Of a stretch of DNA of 61,299 nucleotides, positions 17,508 through 27,122 are shown piece by piece. The first letter of the stretch is position 1, and every line of letters starts with the position of its first letter. A program made the translations under genes and the position numbers. Under the pieces are notes generated by a model. It searched no databases. It was given only the letters and a program-made list of their open reading frames with translations, and had not been told where the DNA came from. Origin of the DNA: a virus (lineage: Duplodnaviria > Caudoviricetes); the IMG/VR virus record IMGVR_UViG_3300025102_000027, positions 1 to 61,299 of that record; one strand, 5' to 3'.

Positions 17508-17642
17508 ATAGGTAGGGGGACTAAATAGACACCCAATCCTTTAGTAAAAGGTTTGTGCATTTATATATAACCCTTAGTGTAATGTTGAAGAGTGTGTTTA
17601 ATTATGCCTCTTCTTATGTTTAATTTTATAAATTTTTTAATT

Positions 17643-18065
17643 ATGGCAAATATTTCAATGGCGGCTGCAGAACCTTATTTATATTTTAGAGGGGTAGCTG
17701 ACGAAGACTTATGTGTACAAGCGTCAAAGCTTACTTCAGTACACGCAACTTCTGGTACTAACATCAGATTAACTTTCACTGGCAATGACTATGCATATTC
17801 TCTGTTTGACAGAAAAGACGCAAACAAAGAGACAGCAGGTGAGTGGAAAAATCTTAGACATGTGTATGTTAATCTTACGCATTCTGGTGGTGCAAATTTT
17901 GAAAAGTCGTTCATGAAGAAACTCGTACAAGCTATTAATACTCCTGTTGCTATTGGAGACTCTAGGTCTACATACAACGGAGGATTTATAGTTGTATATG
18001 ATTCTGTTGAGACTGGAGCTAACTTCGCTGGTATATCTGCTGCTGCAGTGACTACTGACGGATAG
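17643..18065 (+). CDS. Hypothetical protein (possible virion protein)
   Basis: Probable start MANISMAAAEPYLYF at 17643. Confidence 0.7.
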   Translation: MANISMAAAEPYLYFRGVADEDLCVQASKLTSVHATSGTNIRLTFTGNDYAYSLFDRKDANKETAGEWKNLRHVYVNLTHSGGANFEKSFMKKLVQAINTPVAIGDSRSTYNGGFIVVYDSVETGANFAGISAAAVTTDG

Positions 18066-18149
18066 TAGCTTTTTGAAGATTATGGGGACCTCTGTTGGTT
18101 GGGCCCAATCTTGTTTTTACATGCTGACAAGTTCCCACTTCTTCATTTT

Positions 18150-18163
18150 TTTTATATATTAGC
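18150..18163 (+). promoter_or_regulatory. Promoter-like motif class B
   Basis: TTTTATATATTAGC, identical copy at 48868. Confidence 0.55.
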
Positions 18164-18182
18164 AAATCTTTAAATTACAATT

Positions 18183-18482
18183 ATGAGTGAAAAAGAAAAT
18201 AATGAAGAGATCTTTGACGAATATAGTGAATCTGAAAAATATGAAATGGAACAGATGATGATAGAAATGGCGTTTGAAAATTCGTATAAAATTATAACAG
18301 AACAAACAACATTTGAAAAATTATTAGACGCAAGAGGAAATGTAGAAAAAGCAATATTAATTTATGATCCAGTATTAGGATGGGGTAAAAATGAAATAGA
18401 GGATCTAATTTATTATTTTGAAGAAAATGAAGAATATGAAAAATGCGCAAAACTTAAAAGAATATTAGATGTACAATTATAA
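18183..18482 (+). CDS. Hypothetical protein with UVR-like C-terminus
   Basis: YFEENEEYEKCAKLK. Confidence 0.7.
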   Translation: MSEKENNEEIFDEYSESEKYEMEQMMIEMAFENSYKIITEQTTFEKLLDARGNVEKAILIYDPVLGWGKNEIEDLIYYFEENEEYEKCAKLKRILDVQL

Positions 18483-18840
18483 TGCAAAATGTATAAGAGT
18501 AGTTGATGGTGATACCATTGATGCAGATATAGATCTTGGCTTTGGTGTTAAGATTAAAAAAAGAATAAGACTTGCTGGTATTAATGCACCAGAGTCTAGA
18601 ACTAGAAATAAGGTTGAAAAGAAATTAGGATTAGCTGCAAAAGAAAGATTAATTGAAATGATGGAAGGAGCTGCTAATTGCTTTGAACTAGAATCACAAG
18701 AACTTGGTAAGTATGGTAGAGTTCTTGGTAGATTACATATAAATAAGCTTGCAGGTAAAGACACATTAACACAAGTTTGCGTAAATGACTGTCTCGTAAA
18801 AGAAGGTCATGCCGTTGAATATGACGGTGGCAAACGTTAA
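18469..18840 (+). CDS. Thermonuclease (SNase-like)
   Basis: RVVDGDTID, RLAGINAPESRT, GKYGRVLG. Confidence 0.9.
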   Translation: MYNYNAKCIRVVDGDTIDADIDLGFGVKIKKRIRLAGINAPESRTRNKVEKKLGLAAKERLIEMMEGAANCFELESQELGKYGRVLGRLHINKLAGKDTLTQVCVNDCLVKEGHAVEYDGGKR

Positions 18841-18851
18841 ATAAATAAATT

Positions 18852-19010
18852 ATGGCAAAGAAAGCAAATAAAGTAAATTGTGAAGGTTATAAACATCACA
18901 TGATGTATGACAAAAAAACAGGAAAAGGAGTTATGACAAAATCTTGTCAACAGCATTTAGATTTAATGGCTACTCATACTCATGATAAACCTAAAAAGAA
19001 AAAGAAATGA
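18852..19010 (+). CDS. Small basic His-rich protein (52 aa)
   Basis: Manual translation MAKKANKVNCEGYKHHMMYDKKTGKG...HTHDKPKKKKK. Confidence 0.65.
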   Translation: MAKKANKVNCEGYKHHMMYDKKTGKGVMTKSCQQHLDLMATHTHDKPKKKKK

Positions 19011-19321
19011 TGAATCCAGTTTATAATAATAAAGGTACGCGTGTTCCAGGTATGTACAAAACTGGAGGATCTACTCCTGCATGGCAACGTAAAGAAGGTC
19101 AAAGTCCTTCTGGTGGATTAAATGCTAAAGGTAGGGCATCTGCAAAAAAAGAAGGATCTAATTTAAAACCTCCTGTTACAGAAAGTAACCCTAAAGGCAA
19201 AAAGAAAAAAAGAAAAGCATCATTCTGTGCTAGAATGCGTGGTATGAGAAAAAGACAAAAACCTAGTAATAACACAGGGAAAGACAGACTAAGCTTATCT
19301 CTAAAAAAATGGAACTGTTAA
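19007..19321 (+). CDS. Small basic protein (DUF6321-like)
   Basis: AWQRKEGQSPSGGLNAKGRAS..RKASFCARM..KWNC. Confidence 0.75.
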   Translation: MMNPVYNNKGTRVPGMYKTGGSTPAWQRKEGQSPSGGLNAKGRASAKKEGSNLKPPVTESNPKGKKKKRKASFCARMRGMRKRQKPSNNTGKDRLSLSLKKWNC

Positions 19322-19322
19322 T

Positions 19323-19496
19323 ATGAGTGTATTAAAAAAAGTATTAGAAGATAGAAAAAAAGGTGGATCAAAAGATGCATGCTATAGTAAAGTAAAAGCT
19401 AGATATGATGTTTGGCCTTCTGCTTATGCTAGTGGTGCTTTAGCTAAATGCCGTAAAGTTGGTGCTGCTAATTGGGGTAATAAAAAGAAAAAATAA
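19323..19496 (+). CDS. Small basic phage protein (57 aa)
   Basis: Manual translation ..KDACYSKVKARYDVWPSAYASGALAKCRKVGAANWGNKKKK. Confidence 0.75.
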   Translation: MSVLKKVLEDRKKGGSKDACYSKVKARYDVWPSAYASGALAKCRKVGAANWGNKKKK

Positions 19497-19795
19497 TGGC
19501 TGTACGTAAATCTGCAAAAGGAGCTGCTCTTAGACGTTGGTTTAAAGAAGATTGGAGAACACCATCCGGTGATAAAGACTATAGTGGTGGAGATACTACT
19601 TTTAGACCTACAAAAAAAGTAAGTAGTAAAACACCTTCTACATGGAGTGAATTAAGTGATTCAGAAAAAGCTGCTGCTAAAAAAGAAAAGAAAACTAAAG
19701 GTAAAGTTAGTAGATATAAAAAACAAATGGGTGGTCAAGTACAAGGATGCGGTTGTCCTTATGGAATGCAAATGGGACCTAATAATGTTTTATAA
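19496..19795 (+). CDS. Small basic phage protein (DUF5872-like)
   Basis: LRRWFKEDW..FRPTKKVSSKTPST. Confidence 0.7.
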   Translation: MAVRKSAKGAALRRWFKEDWRTPSGDKDYSGGDTTFRPTKKVSSKTPSTWSELSDSEKAAAKKEKKTKGKVSRYKKQMGGQVQGCGCPYGMQMGPNNVL

Positions 19796-19962
19796 TGACA
19801 AAGTGTGATAATCCAGATTGTAGACCAGGTAAAGAGCCAAGAGAAGTGGAAGATGCGGATATAGTAATTGTAAATGAAAAATATAAATTTTGTCCTAATT
19901 GTAAAGCACTCTATGATCAAGTTATAGATTGGGTAAAAGATTATGACTATTATAAAAAATAG
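19795..19962 (+). CDS. Small Zn-ribbon protein (55 aa)
   Basis: Manual translation MTKCDNPDC..FCPNCK.. Confidence 0.55.
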   Translation: MTKCDNPDCRPGKEPREVEDADIVIVNEKYKFCPNCKALYDQVIDWVKDYDYYKK

Positions 19963-19965
19963 ATA

Positions 19966-20178
19966 ATGAAAATATTTAAAGACAATAATGATTGGAATGA
20001 AAAAGCTATAGTTGGTTTTGTAGCTTTTATAATCATGTGTATAATAATGATTGCTGATCTTGCCACTGGTTGGTACGGTTATGATCTTGTAATTAATGAA
20101 TTCGTATATGATTCATTTGTTTGGGTTGTTCTCGGCTGCTTTGGGATTAGCGGTGTAGAGAAATTTGCCAAAAAATGA
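19966..20178 (+). CDS. Two-TM membrane protein, holin candidate
   Basis: NEKAIVGFVAF..LGCFGISGVEKF. Confidence 0.6.
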   Translation: MKIFKDNNDWNEKAIVGFVAFIIMCIIMIADLATGWYGYDLVINEFVYDSFVWVVLGCFGISGVEKFAKK

Positions 20179-23100
20179 AATGGATAGGTAAGCACCCTGT
20201 ATTTAGTGATCTTTTAATTGGAGGAGTACTTCTTACTCCACCAGATTCCCCATATGAATATGAATTAACTTTACCCAATGATGATGGTACTGCAGGTCAA
20301 GTATTATCAACTGATGGTAATGGTGTATTAAGTTGGGTAGCTAATGGTGTAGCCGTACCTAATGTATTAACTGCAGGTACTGGTATTGATTATAATACTG
20401 GTACTACATGGGATGGCAGTGTTGCAAAAACAATTAGTGTTGATGTATCTGACTTTATGACTAATGGTATAGATGATAGAGTTATTACTGCAACTGGTAC
20501 AGATGCAATGAATGCTGAAGCTAATATGACCTTTGATGGTAATAAGTTAACTCTTACAAATACTTCAGGATCATTTGGTTCAGCAAGTAATGGTATAAAC
20601 ATAGTTAATAGTGATTTAAATACATCATCTGCTATTTGGGCAAATTTTGATAAAGATAATGCTGGAACTAATAGTGCAGATTATGGTTTTAAATTAAACT
20701 ATGATAAGACTATAGCAACTACAGGTAGTAATGCACAATCTGGTACAGGAGTAGCTTTAAACCTTACTGATAATCAAACAAACGTTGGAACTAGTACATT
20801 TACTGGAGTAAGTAATTATCTTTCACATACTACTGCGGCTAACACTAATCAGGCTGGTATGGTTAATAATCTTAATGGTGCTACAACTACATATGGTATA
20901 AAAACTACAGCAACTGCAGCTGGAGTTCCAGCCACTACTTATGGTATTTGGCATTTACTAGCAGATGGTGCTTATGATTTAATGTTTAAGAGTAGTGATG
21001 TAACTACTGATGATTATTTTGCACTACAAACTAAAGCTAGTGGTGAAACGGATATAACAACAGTTGATGGTGGTGCAGCAGCAGCCCATTTAAATCTTAT
21101 TATAGATGGACAATTTTCTGTAGCTTCAACTGGTATTGATATAAGTGGAGCTGGAGTTATATCAAATGCAGAATGGCAAGGAACTGATGTTGGAATAGCT
21201 TATGGAGGAACAGGAGCAAGTACAGCACAAGCTGCTATTGATGCCTTAACTGCAGTTAGTGGTGCTAGTGCTGGTCAAAGATTAACTAAGGATGGAAGTG
21301 GTAATGCTACATGGGCAAATGCTACTACAGCTACTACACTAAATGGAACAACAGCTGGTGGTGTAGCAACATATGCAAGTGCAAATACACTTGATATTGA
21401 ACCTAACTTTACTTGGGATGGGAGTGACTTGCATGTTTCTTCTTCTGTTACCCAAAAACCTCAACTTATTATAGAAAATACTAACACTGACAATAAACCA
21501 CCTAGTATAAAACTTTTAAAAGATAAAGGTGCTGCTGGAGCAGATGGAGATTATACAGGTACTATAAAGTGGAATGGAGATAACTCAGCTCAAACAGAAA
21601 CTCAGTTTGGTCAAATAAGGAATAGAATAGTTACAGCGTTGGCTACAGATGAGGCATCTAAGATGGAAATAGACGTAGCCGCTAGTAATGGAACTACTTC
21701 ACAGCTGAGAAACATGATAGAAGGTGTAGGACACGGAACAAATGATACTGTTAATGTCAGTCTTGGTTACGGAGCAGCTTCTGCTACAACAATAGCTGGA
21801 ACACTTACTATGGGAAGTACAGCCGCAATGACTAATGCTGGTTTACTATCTGTAGGAAATCAATCTAATATTACAGGATTAGGTACTATATCATCTGGAG
21901 TATGGGAAGGAACTGATGTAGGTGTAGCACATGGTGGTACTGGTCAAAGCACAGCACAAGCAGCAATAGATGCTTTATCACAAGTAAGTGGAGCAAGTGC
22001 TGGTGAAGCTTTAATAAAAGACGGTAGTGGAAACGCAACATGGGCTGCACAAACAGATACTACATATTCAGCTGGAGATGGTTTAGATCTTTCTGGTACT
22101 ACATTTAGTACAGATCTTAAATCTAATGGAGGTTTAGTTATAGAATCTACAGAATTAGCAGTGGATCTAGGGGCTACTAGTATTACAGGTACCTTAGCAG
22201 TAGGAGATGGTGGAACTGGATTAACAACTGCAGGTACTAATTATATGCTTACAGGAAACGGAACAAGTGCATTATCAGCAGAGTCACTTGCTCAATTTAA
22301 TGGTGCTACTGGAAGAATGAATGTAGGGTTAGCACTTTCACAATTTGAAGCTGGTGGTTGGTATTCTTCAGGATCTCCAAGTGCTGAATCTCCTGGAAGT
22401 GGTAGTACTATAGTATTAAAAACTTATAATTTAGGTGGAACAGCTTTACCTAGTTTATTTAAAATTGCAGGTTCAGGACAAGGTGGTAGTGAACCTCAAT
22501 TTAGGTTTGAAGGAGGTGAAGCAAATGGAACAGATAACTCAGGTGGAGATATACATATAATAGGAGGGGCAGGTACAGGAAATGAAAGGAGTGGAAAATT
22601 TGAATTTCATGGACATCCAGGAGGAGGTGGTACTGGATCTAGCAATAATACTACATCTGTAAAATTTACTATAGAAGCAGATGGAGATGTTTCAATGAGT
22701 GGAGACTTAACAGTAAGTGGTGGAGATATTACTTTAAGTGGAACAGGTAGAATACAAGGTGTAGATACAGTTTCTGCTAGTACAGATGCTGCTAGTAAAG
22801 GATATGTTGATGGACTTATTCCAACAGTACCAGATGAGGTGGTAAGTTCAGGTACTCATATACTTAAACAAACTAAAGTTACTATAAACCAAGCAGGGTG
22901 TAATGCTTTAAATTCATCTCCACAAACATTAGTGGCTGCACAAGGAGCAAATAAAATAATAATACCTGTAGAAGTTACTTGTTTAGTTGATAGAAATTCT
23001 GCTGATACTTCATTAGGAGATCTAATAGTTGGGTGGAATAGTACAACAACATATACATATGCTTTAAAATATTCAAGAAGATGGATGTATGGTATAACAA

Positions 23101-23264
23101 CAGATATGACTTTTGTTCTTGGTACTTATGCAGGCAAGGGTGCAGCAAGTTTAACAGGAGGTGAAAATGTACCTTTAACCATAGCAACATCAACAGGAAT
23201 GACAAGTAATAGTTTAACTAGTATGACAGTATATACTAGTTATTATGTAATAGATAATTCTTAA
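20175..23264 (+). CDS. Tail fibre / receptor-binding-like protein
   Basis: 1029 aa Gly/Thr/Ser-rich; LTLP..G..GQVL.TDG.G.LSW and GGTG fibre motifs; internal duplication. Confidence 0.8.
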   Translation: MKWIGKHPVFSDLLIGGVLLTPPDSPYEYELTLPNDDGTAGQVLSTDGNGVLSWVANGVAVPNVLTAGTGIDYNTGTTWDGSVAKTISVDVSDFMTNGIDDRVITATGTDAMNAEANMTFDGNKLTLTNTSGSFGSASNGINIVNSDLNTSSAIWANFDKDNAGTNSADYGFKLNYDKTIATTGSNAQSGTGVALNLTDNQTNVGTSTFTGVSNYLSHTTAANTNQAGMVNNLNGATTTYGIKTTATAAGVPATTYGIWHLLADGAYDLMFKSSDVTTDDYFALQTKASGETDITTVDGGAAAAHLNLIIDGQFSVASTGIDISGAGVISNAEWQGTDVGIAYGGTGASTAQAAIDALTAVSGASAGQRLTKDGSGNATWANATTATTLNGTTAGGVATYASANTLDIEPNFTWDGSDLHVSSSVTQKPQLIIENTNTDNKPPSIKLLKDKGAAGADGDYTGTIKWNGDNSAQTETQFGQIRNRIVTALATDEASKMEIDVAASNGTTSQLRNMIEGVGHGTNDTVNVSLGYGAASATTIAGTLTMGSTAAMTNAGLLSVGNQSNITGLGTISSGVWEGTDVGVAHGGTGQSTAQAAIDALSQVSGASAGEALIKDGSGNATWAAQTDTTYSAGDGLDLSGTTFSTDLKSNGGLVIESTELAVDLGATSITGTLAVGDGGTGLTTAGTNYMLTGNGTSALSAESLAQFNGATGRMNVGLALSQFEAGGWYSSGSPSAESPGSGSTIVLKTYNLGGTALPSLFKIAGSGQGGSEPQFRFEGGEANGTDNSGGDIHIIGGAGTGNERSGKFEFHGHPGGGGTGSSNNTTSVKFTIEADGDVSMSGDLTVSGGDITLSGTGRIQGVDTVSASTDAASKGYVDGLIPTVPDEVVSSGTHILKQTKVTINQAGCNALNSSPQTLVAAQGANKIIIPVEVTCLVDRNSADTSLGDLIVGWNSTTTYTYALKYSRRWMYGITTDMTFVLGTYAGKGAASLTGGENVPLTIATSTGMTSNSLTSMTVYTSYYVIDNS

Positions 23265-23274
23265 AATTAACAAT

Positions 23275-24339
23275 ATGGCATTAGGAGGAAAAACAAGTAA
23301 GAAATTTTATGTAACATCAGGAGGTGGTGCTGATGAAATAAATAGTACTAGAAAAACTGCACTAGATGCCTTTAATACAGCAGATGCAGCGGCAGGATAT
23401 AAACAATTAATAGATGATAATACATTAGGTCCACTTATAGTAAACTTGCAAGAAATGCAAGATGATATAGATGAATTAAGAAGATATGTAGATACTGCTA
23501 GTGAATTAAGAGGAAAGATTAGTCCATTACCTTTAGCAAATGGAGGAACAGGCACCGCTACACAAACAGATCAAGGTATACCAACTGTAAATGCTGGTGC
23601 TGGTACAATAGGAACATCAGCTGATCTTGTATTTCATCATGGTGGTATATATGTTCATGATACCCTTGATAATGCTAACTATGGTAGAGTTGGTGTTGGT
23701 GCTAATGGATCTATGGATATTACATCATATGATGATGTGGGTACTTCAGCTCATATAACTATAACATCAGATGGTCAAACTACAATAGATGCTGCTTCAA
23801 GTATTACTTTAGATAGTGGTGGTGACATTGCACTTAAAGCTTCTGGATCTTCTAAAGGTGCGTTTAAATTAGATCAAGTTGGGTCGGGCTGTGAAATGGT
23901 AGGAATACAACAAGTAGTTATAGATCTTAATCAAGCTCAACTAAATCTTATATCTACAGCTAATAGTAATAAAGGTTATGTAATAATACCAGCATTAGGT
24001 AGTGGTCTCATGCCTGTTGTACTGAGTATGCACACTCATACCATAATGGCAAGTGGAACTCAAAATACTGTAGCTCAGGATTTCTATTTAGAATATGATG
24101 ATGGTGTTACAAAGGATCTTAATCAATGTATATATTATCAAAGAAGATTTATGAATAATATGGGAACAGGTGGGTTTCAAAGACTAGAAGAGTGGAGACC
24201 ATATAGATTTTTGCAAAGTACACAAGCTTATCCAGCATGGGTTAATAAAGCTGTATATTTATCAGCAAATGCAAACCCAACAGCTGGTAGTTATACAAGC
24301 ATAAGGGTAATGGTAACGTTTCACGTAGTTAAATTTTAA
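23275..24339 (+). CDS. Fibre-associated protein
   Basis: LPLANGGTG motif; N-terminus paralogous to 24350 gene, C-terminus to 20175 gene. Confidence 0.7.
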   Translation: MALGGKTSKKFYVTSGGGADEINSTRKTALDAFNTADAAAGYKQLIDDNTLGPLIVNLQEMQDDIDELRRYVDTASELRGKISPLPLANGGTGTATQTDQGIPTVNAGAGTIGTSADLVFHHGGIYVHDTLDNANYGRVGVGANGSMDITSYDDVGTSAHITITSDGQTTIDAASSITLDSGGDIALKASGSSKGAFKLDQVGSGCEMVGIQQVVIDLNQAQLNLISTANSNKGYVIIPALGSGLMPVVLSMHTHTIMASGTQNTVAQDFYLEYDDGVTKDLNQCIYYQRRFMNNMGTGGFQRLEEWRPYRFLQSTQAYPAWVNKAVYLSANANPTAGSYTSIRVMVTFHVVKF

Positions 24340-24349
24340 ATTTTAAATT

Positions 24350-24967
24350 ATGGCATTAACAGGAAAAAAATACGAAAAATTTTATAAAACAACAGGAGGT
24401 GGTAATGATGAGGTTCCTGTGTCTAAGTTGACTAAAGCTGAAGAAATATGGGATTATGAAAGAGGAAAAGGTATGGAATATCATATAGGTCTTCCTGAGT
24501 TTGCTCCAATAATATTTCAACTTCAACAAATGCAAGATGAATTAGATTATCTTAGAACAGAGATATCAACTAATAAAGACAAAGCAGGTATATCAACTAA
24601 TCAAGCAAATGCTATTACAGCTAATACTGCTAAGACAGGAATAACAACTCAGCAGGCTACTTCTATAACAGACAGCGTAAACGAGGTTAAAAGGCTTGAT
24701 GGCCTTATTACCACTAACACTACTAATGTAACAGCTAACGCTAGAAATATAGGAATAAACAATTTGGCTGCAATAAACGTAGGTGCTTATCCCGCTTTAC
24801 CACCTTTTTCATTACCAGGTACTACTCAGACTCACACGTCTGAGATAGTTTATGACCAAATACAAAAAAAATATTTTCTAAATATTTATTACGTAGAAAC
24901 CTCTCCGGCTATTGGTGGTAAAAAGGGTCAAAGAATAGTAAAAACAGGACAAGTAGAATTAAAATAA
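24350..24967 (+). CDS. Fibre-associated coiled-coil protein
   Basis: ITANTAKTGIT repeats; shared N-terminal module. Confidence 0.7.
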   Translation: MALTGKKYEKFYKTTGGGNDEVPVSKLTKAEEIWDYERGKGMEYHIGLPEFAPIIFQLQQMQDELDYLRTEISTNKDKAGISTNQANAITANTAKTGITTQQATSITDSVNEVKRLDGLITTNTTNVTANARNIGINNLAAINVGAYPALPPFSLPGTTQTHTSEIVYDQIQKKYFLNIYYVETSPAIGGKKGQRIVKTGQVELK

Positions 24968-24973
24968 TAAGAT

Positions 24974-25324
24974 ATGATATACAATATAAAACAGAATCAT
25001 ACCGGTAATACAAATAATACGTTATTAGGAGAACAAAAATCTAATAATGGTAAAACATATAGAATACATTCTTGTAAAATATCTAACACTGATACAACTA
25101 ACGTATATGTAAGTATTAAACTCCATGATGGTACAAATACAATAGATCTTTTTAAAACCTTCTATATAAGAAAAGGTTATACATTAGAATTGTTTGATGA
25201 AGCTTTTGATTATCCTGATAAATATGATCTTGTTCTTGCTTTAGATAATTCAGCGTATCAAGTTAGTTGGATTACAAAAAGTGAAATATTAGATATAGAA
25301 TCTAAAGATTTTACTTCTTGGTAA
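24974..25324 (+). CDS. Hypothetical beta-rich protein
   Basis: 116-aa ORF. Confidence 0.7.
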   Translation: MIYNIKQNHTGNTNNTLLGEQKSNNGKTYRIHSCKISNTDTTNVYVSIKLHDGTNTIDLFKTFYIRKGYTLELFDEAFDYPDKYDLVLALDNSAYQVSWITKSEILDIESKDFTSW

Positions 25325-25370
25325 GGAATTAAAAAATATTTTTTCTTTAAACTTCTTTTATTTAAACTTT

Positions 25371-25384
25371 TTTTATATATTTGC
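25371..25384 (+). promoter_or_regulatory. Bacteroidota-type -7 promoter element
   Basis: TTTTATATATTTGC contains TAnnTTTG. Confidence 0.6.
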
Positions 25385-25411
25385 CTAGTTATTAATTTAA
25401 AAATTTTAATC

Positions 25412-25774
25412 ATGGCGGATATAAAAGAAAATCCAAAAGAAGCAGTTGAACTTTCACAAGAAGAATTAACTGCAAAAAGAGATGAGATCACAAAATATTA
25501 TAAAGATCACATTCCTCATTTAGAAGCACAGTTAGAGTATGAAGGCTTATTAAGAGATATTGAAAAGTGTCGTGCAGAAAGAATGCAAGCACAACAGTTT
25601 ATGACAAAGATGTCTAATGTTCCACCTACTCCACCTGTTCCTGAAGTTAAAAAACCAGTTGTTAATCCAGCTAATAGACAAGCTTTAGAAGATTTTGAAA
25701 AAGCAAAAGATGCAACAAAAAGCAATGAAGAAGGGAAAAAAAGAACTCTTAAAAAAGCTAGTAAAGATGCATAA
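25412..25774 (+). CDS. Hypothetical protein
   Basis: 120-aa ORF after promoter. Confidence 0.75.
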   Translation: MADIKENPKEAVELSQEELTAKRDEITKYYKDHIPHLEAQLEYEGLLRDIEKCRAERMQAQQFMTKMSNVPPTPPVPEVKKPVVNPANRQALEDFEKAKDATKSNEEGKKRTLKKASKDA

Positions 25775-26420
25775 ACCAATAACAGTTAGTAGAGAACAAA
25801 TAGAACAAACCATAAAGCAGATGACTAGTCATGTGTGGTTTGAGAAAGGTGACTATAATCTTAATATTGTAGGTATTAGAAATTCTAGTACAGATAGTAA
25901 AGTTACAAATGCTTTTGATGATAAAATAACTTTATCATATAAGACAGGTACTAATAAAAAAGGTGAAGGTGGTCAATGGCATTTTCATTGTTTTGATTGT
26001 ACTACAGATCCTGGAACTCATTGGGTTGAAAACATAATGAGAGAGGATGGTGTTGCAATATTAAAACCTGGTCAATATAGAGGTAGTCATATTATTAGAA
26101 AACATCAAGGTAGATATGAAGCTTTAGGACAAGATAGACCTGTATCAGTATATAGAGATGATAACCGTGATCCATGGTATAATCTTCTTGAGGAATCTGT
26201 ACAAACAGGTAATTTTGGAATAAATATTCATAGAGCTACTAAGTATGCTAATAAGAAATCTACACAAGTAGATAAATGGTCTGCTGGTTGTCAAGTTATT
26301 GCTGCTAATAATGATTGGAAAGAATTCATGAGTATTTGCAGAAAAGCTAGAGATAAGTGGGGTAATAGATTTACTTATACATTATTACAAAGTAATAAGA
26401 TATTAACATCATGGCTCTAG
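25767..26420 (+). CDS. Putative endolysin / L,D-transpeptidase-like peptidoglycan enzyme
   Basis: NIVGIR, TTDPG, FGINIHRA..WSAGCQV (H..S.GC); probable start 25767. Confidence 0.65.
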   Translation: MHKPITVSREQIEQTIKQMTSHVWFEKGDYNLNIVGIRNSSTDSKVTNAFDDKITLSYKTGTNKKGEGGQWHFHCFDCTTDPGTHWVENIMREDGVAILKPGQYRGSHIIRKHQGRYEALGQDRPVSVYRDDNRDPWYNLLEESVQTGNFGINIHRATKYANKKSTQVDKWSAGCQVIAANNDWKEFMSICRKARDKWGNRFTYTLLQSNKILTSWL

Positions 26421-26782
26421 TTAATAAAGTAGATAAAAAAGTAAAAATGAGTAGGGATGAAGTTATTAAATTTCAAATCCTTACTCATTGCTTTTTGAAT
26501 GATATACAAATTAGTAATTCTGATCTTAATTGTTTAGCCGAACTTGCAAAAGAAGGGAGAAAAGAATTAACTTCTTTTTGTGATTTAATATCAAAAAAAA
26601 ATATATTTAAAAGTTCTCAATCTGCTAGAAATGCTATAACAAAAGCTGAAAAGAAAAAGTTAGTTATTAAAGATGGATCTAATAAAAAAATTATTTATAT
26701 AAATCAAGATCTAAATGTACAAACTGAAGGTTTAATACTTTTAGATTATAAAATTTTAGGAATTGAAACCGAAGAATCATAA
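26411..26782 (+). CDS. Putative winged-helix protein
   Basis: IFKSSQSARNAITKAEKKKLVIK. Confidence 0.55.
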   Translation: MALVNKVDKKVKMSRDEVIKFQILTHCFLNDIQISNSDLNCLAELAKEGRKELTSFCDLISKKNIFKSSQSARNAITKAEKKKLVIKDGSNKKIIYINQDLNVQTEGLILLDYKILGIETEES

Positions 26783-27122
26783 AGAATTTTTTAATGAGGT
26801 GGCAAAAGAAATTGGAGTACATAAAGATGTTGTTGATGATTTTATAACTTTTTATTATGCAAAAGTAAGAAAAAATTTATCTAACTTAACTGATACTCAT
26901 ATCAATGTAGCTGGATTAGGAACTTTTAGTTTAAGAAAAAAGAAATTAGAAAAAGCAATAAAAAGAAATAAAGATATATTAGGTAATCTTGAGAAAATGA
27001 CTTATAAAGGTTATGAAAAATATATACCAGTTAAAGAAAAAATAAAACAAATGGAAAGTGCTTTAATTGAATTAAATAATAAAATACAAACTAAAAAAAA
27101 GTTTAAACATGAGAATAAATAA
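26763..27122 (+). CDS. HU/IHF-like DNA-binding protein
   Basis: EVAKEIGV..INVAGLGTFSLR; TTG start. Confidence 0.65.
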   Translation: MKPKNHKEFFNEVAKEIGVHKDVVDDFITFYYAKVRKNLSNLTDTHINVAGLGTFSLRKKKLEKAIKRNKDILGNLEKMTYKGYEKYIPVKEKIKQMESALIELNNKIQTKKKFKHENK

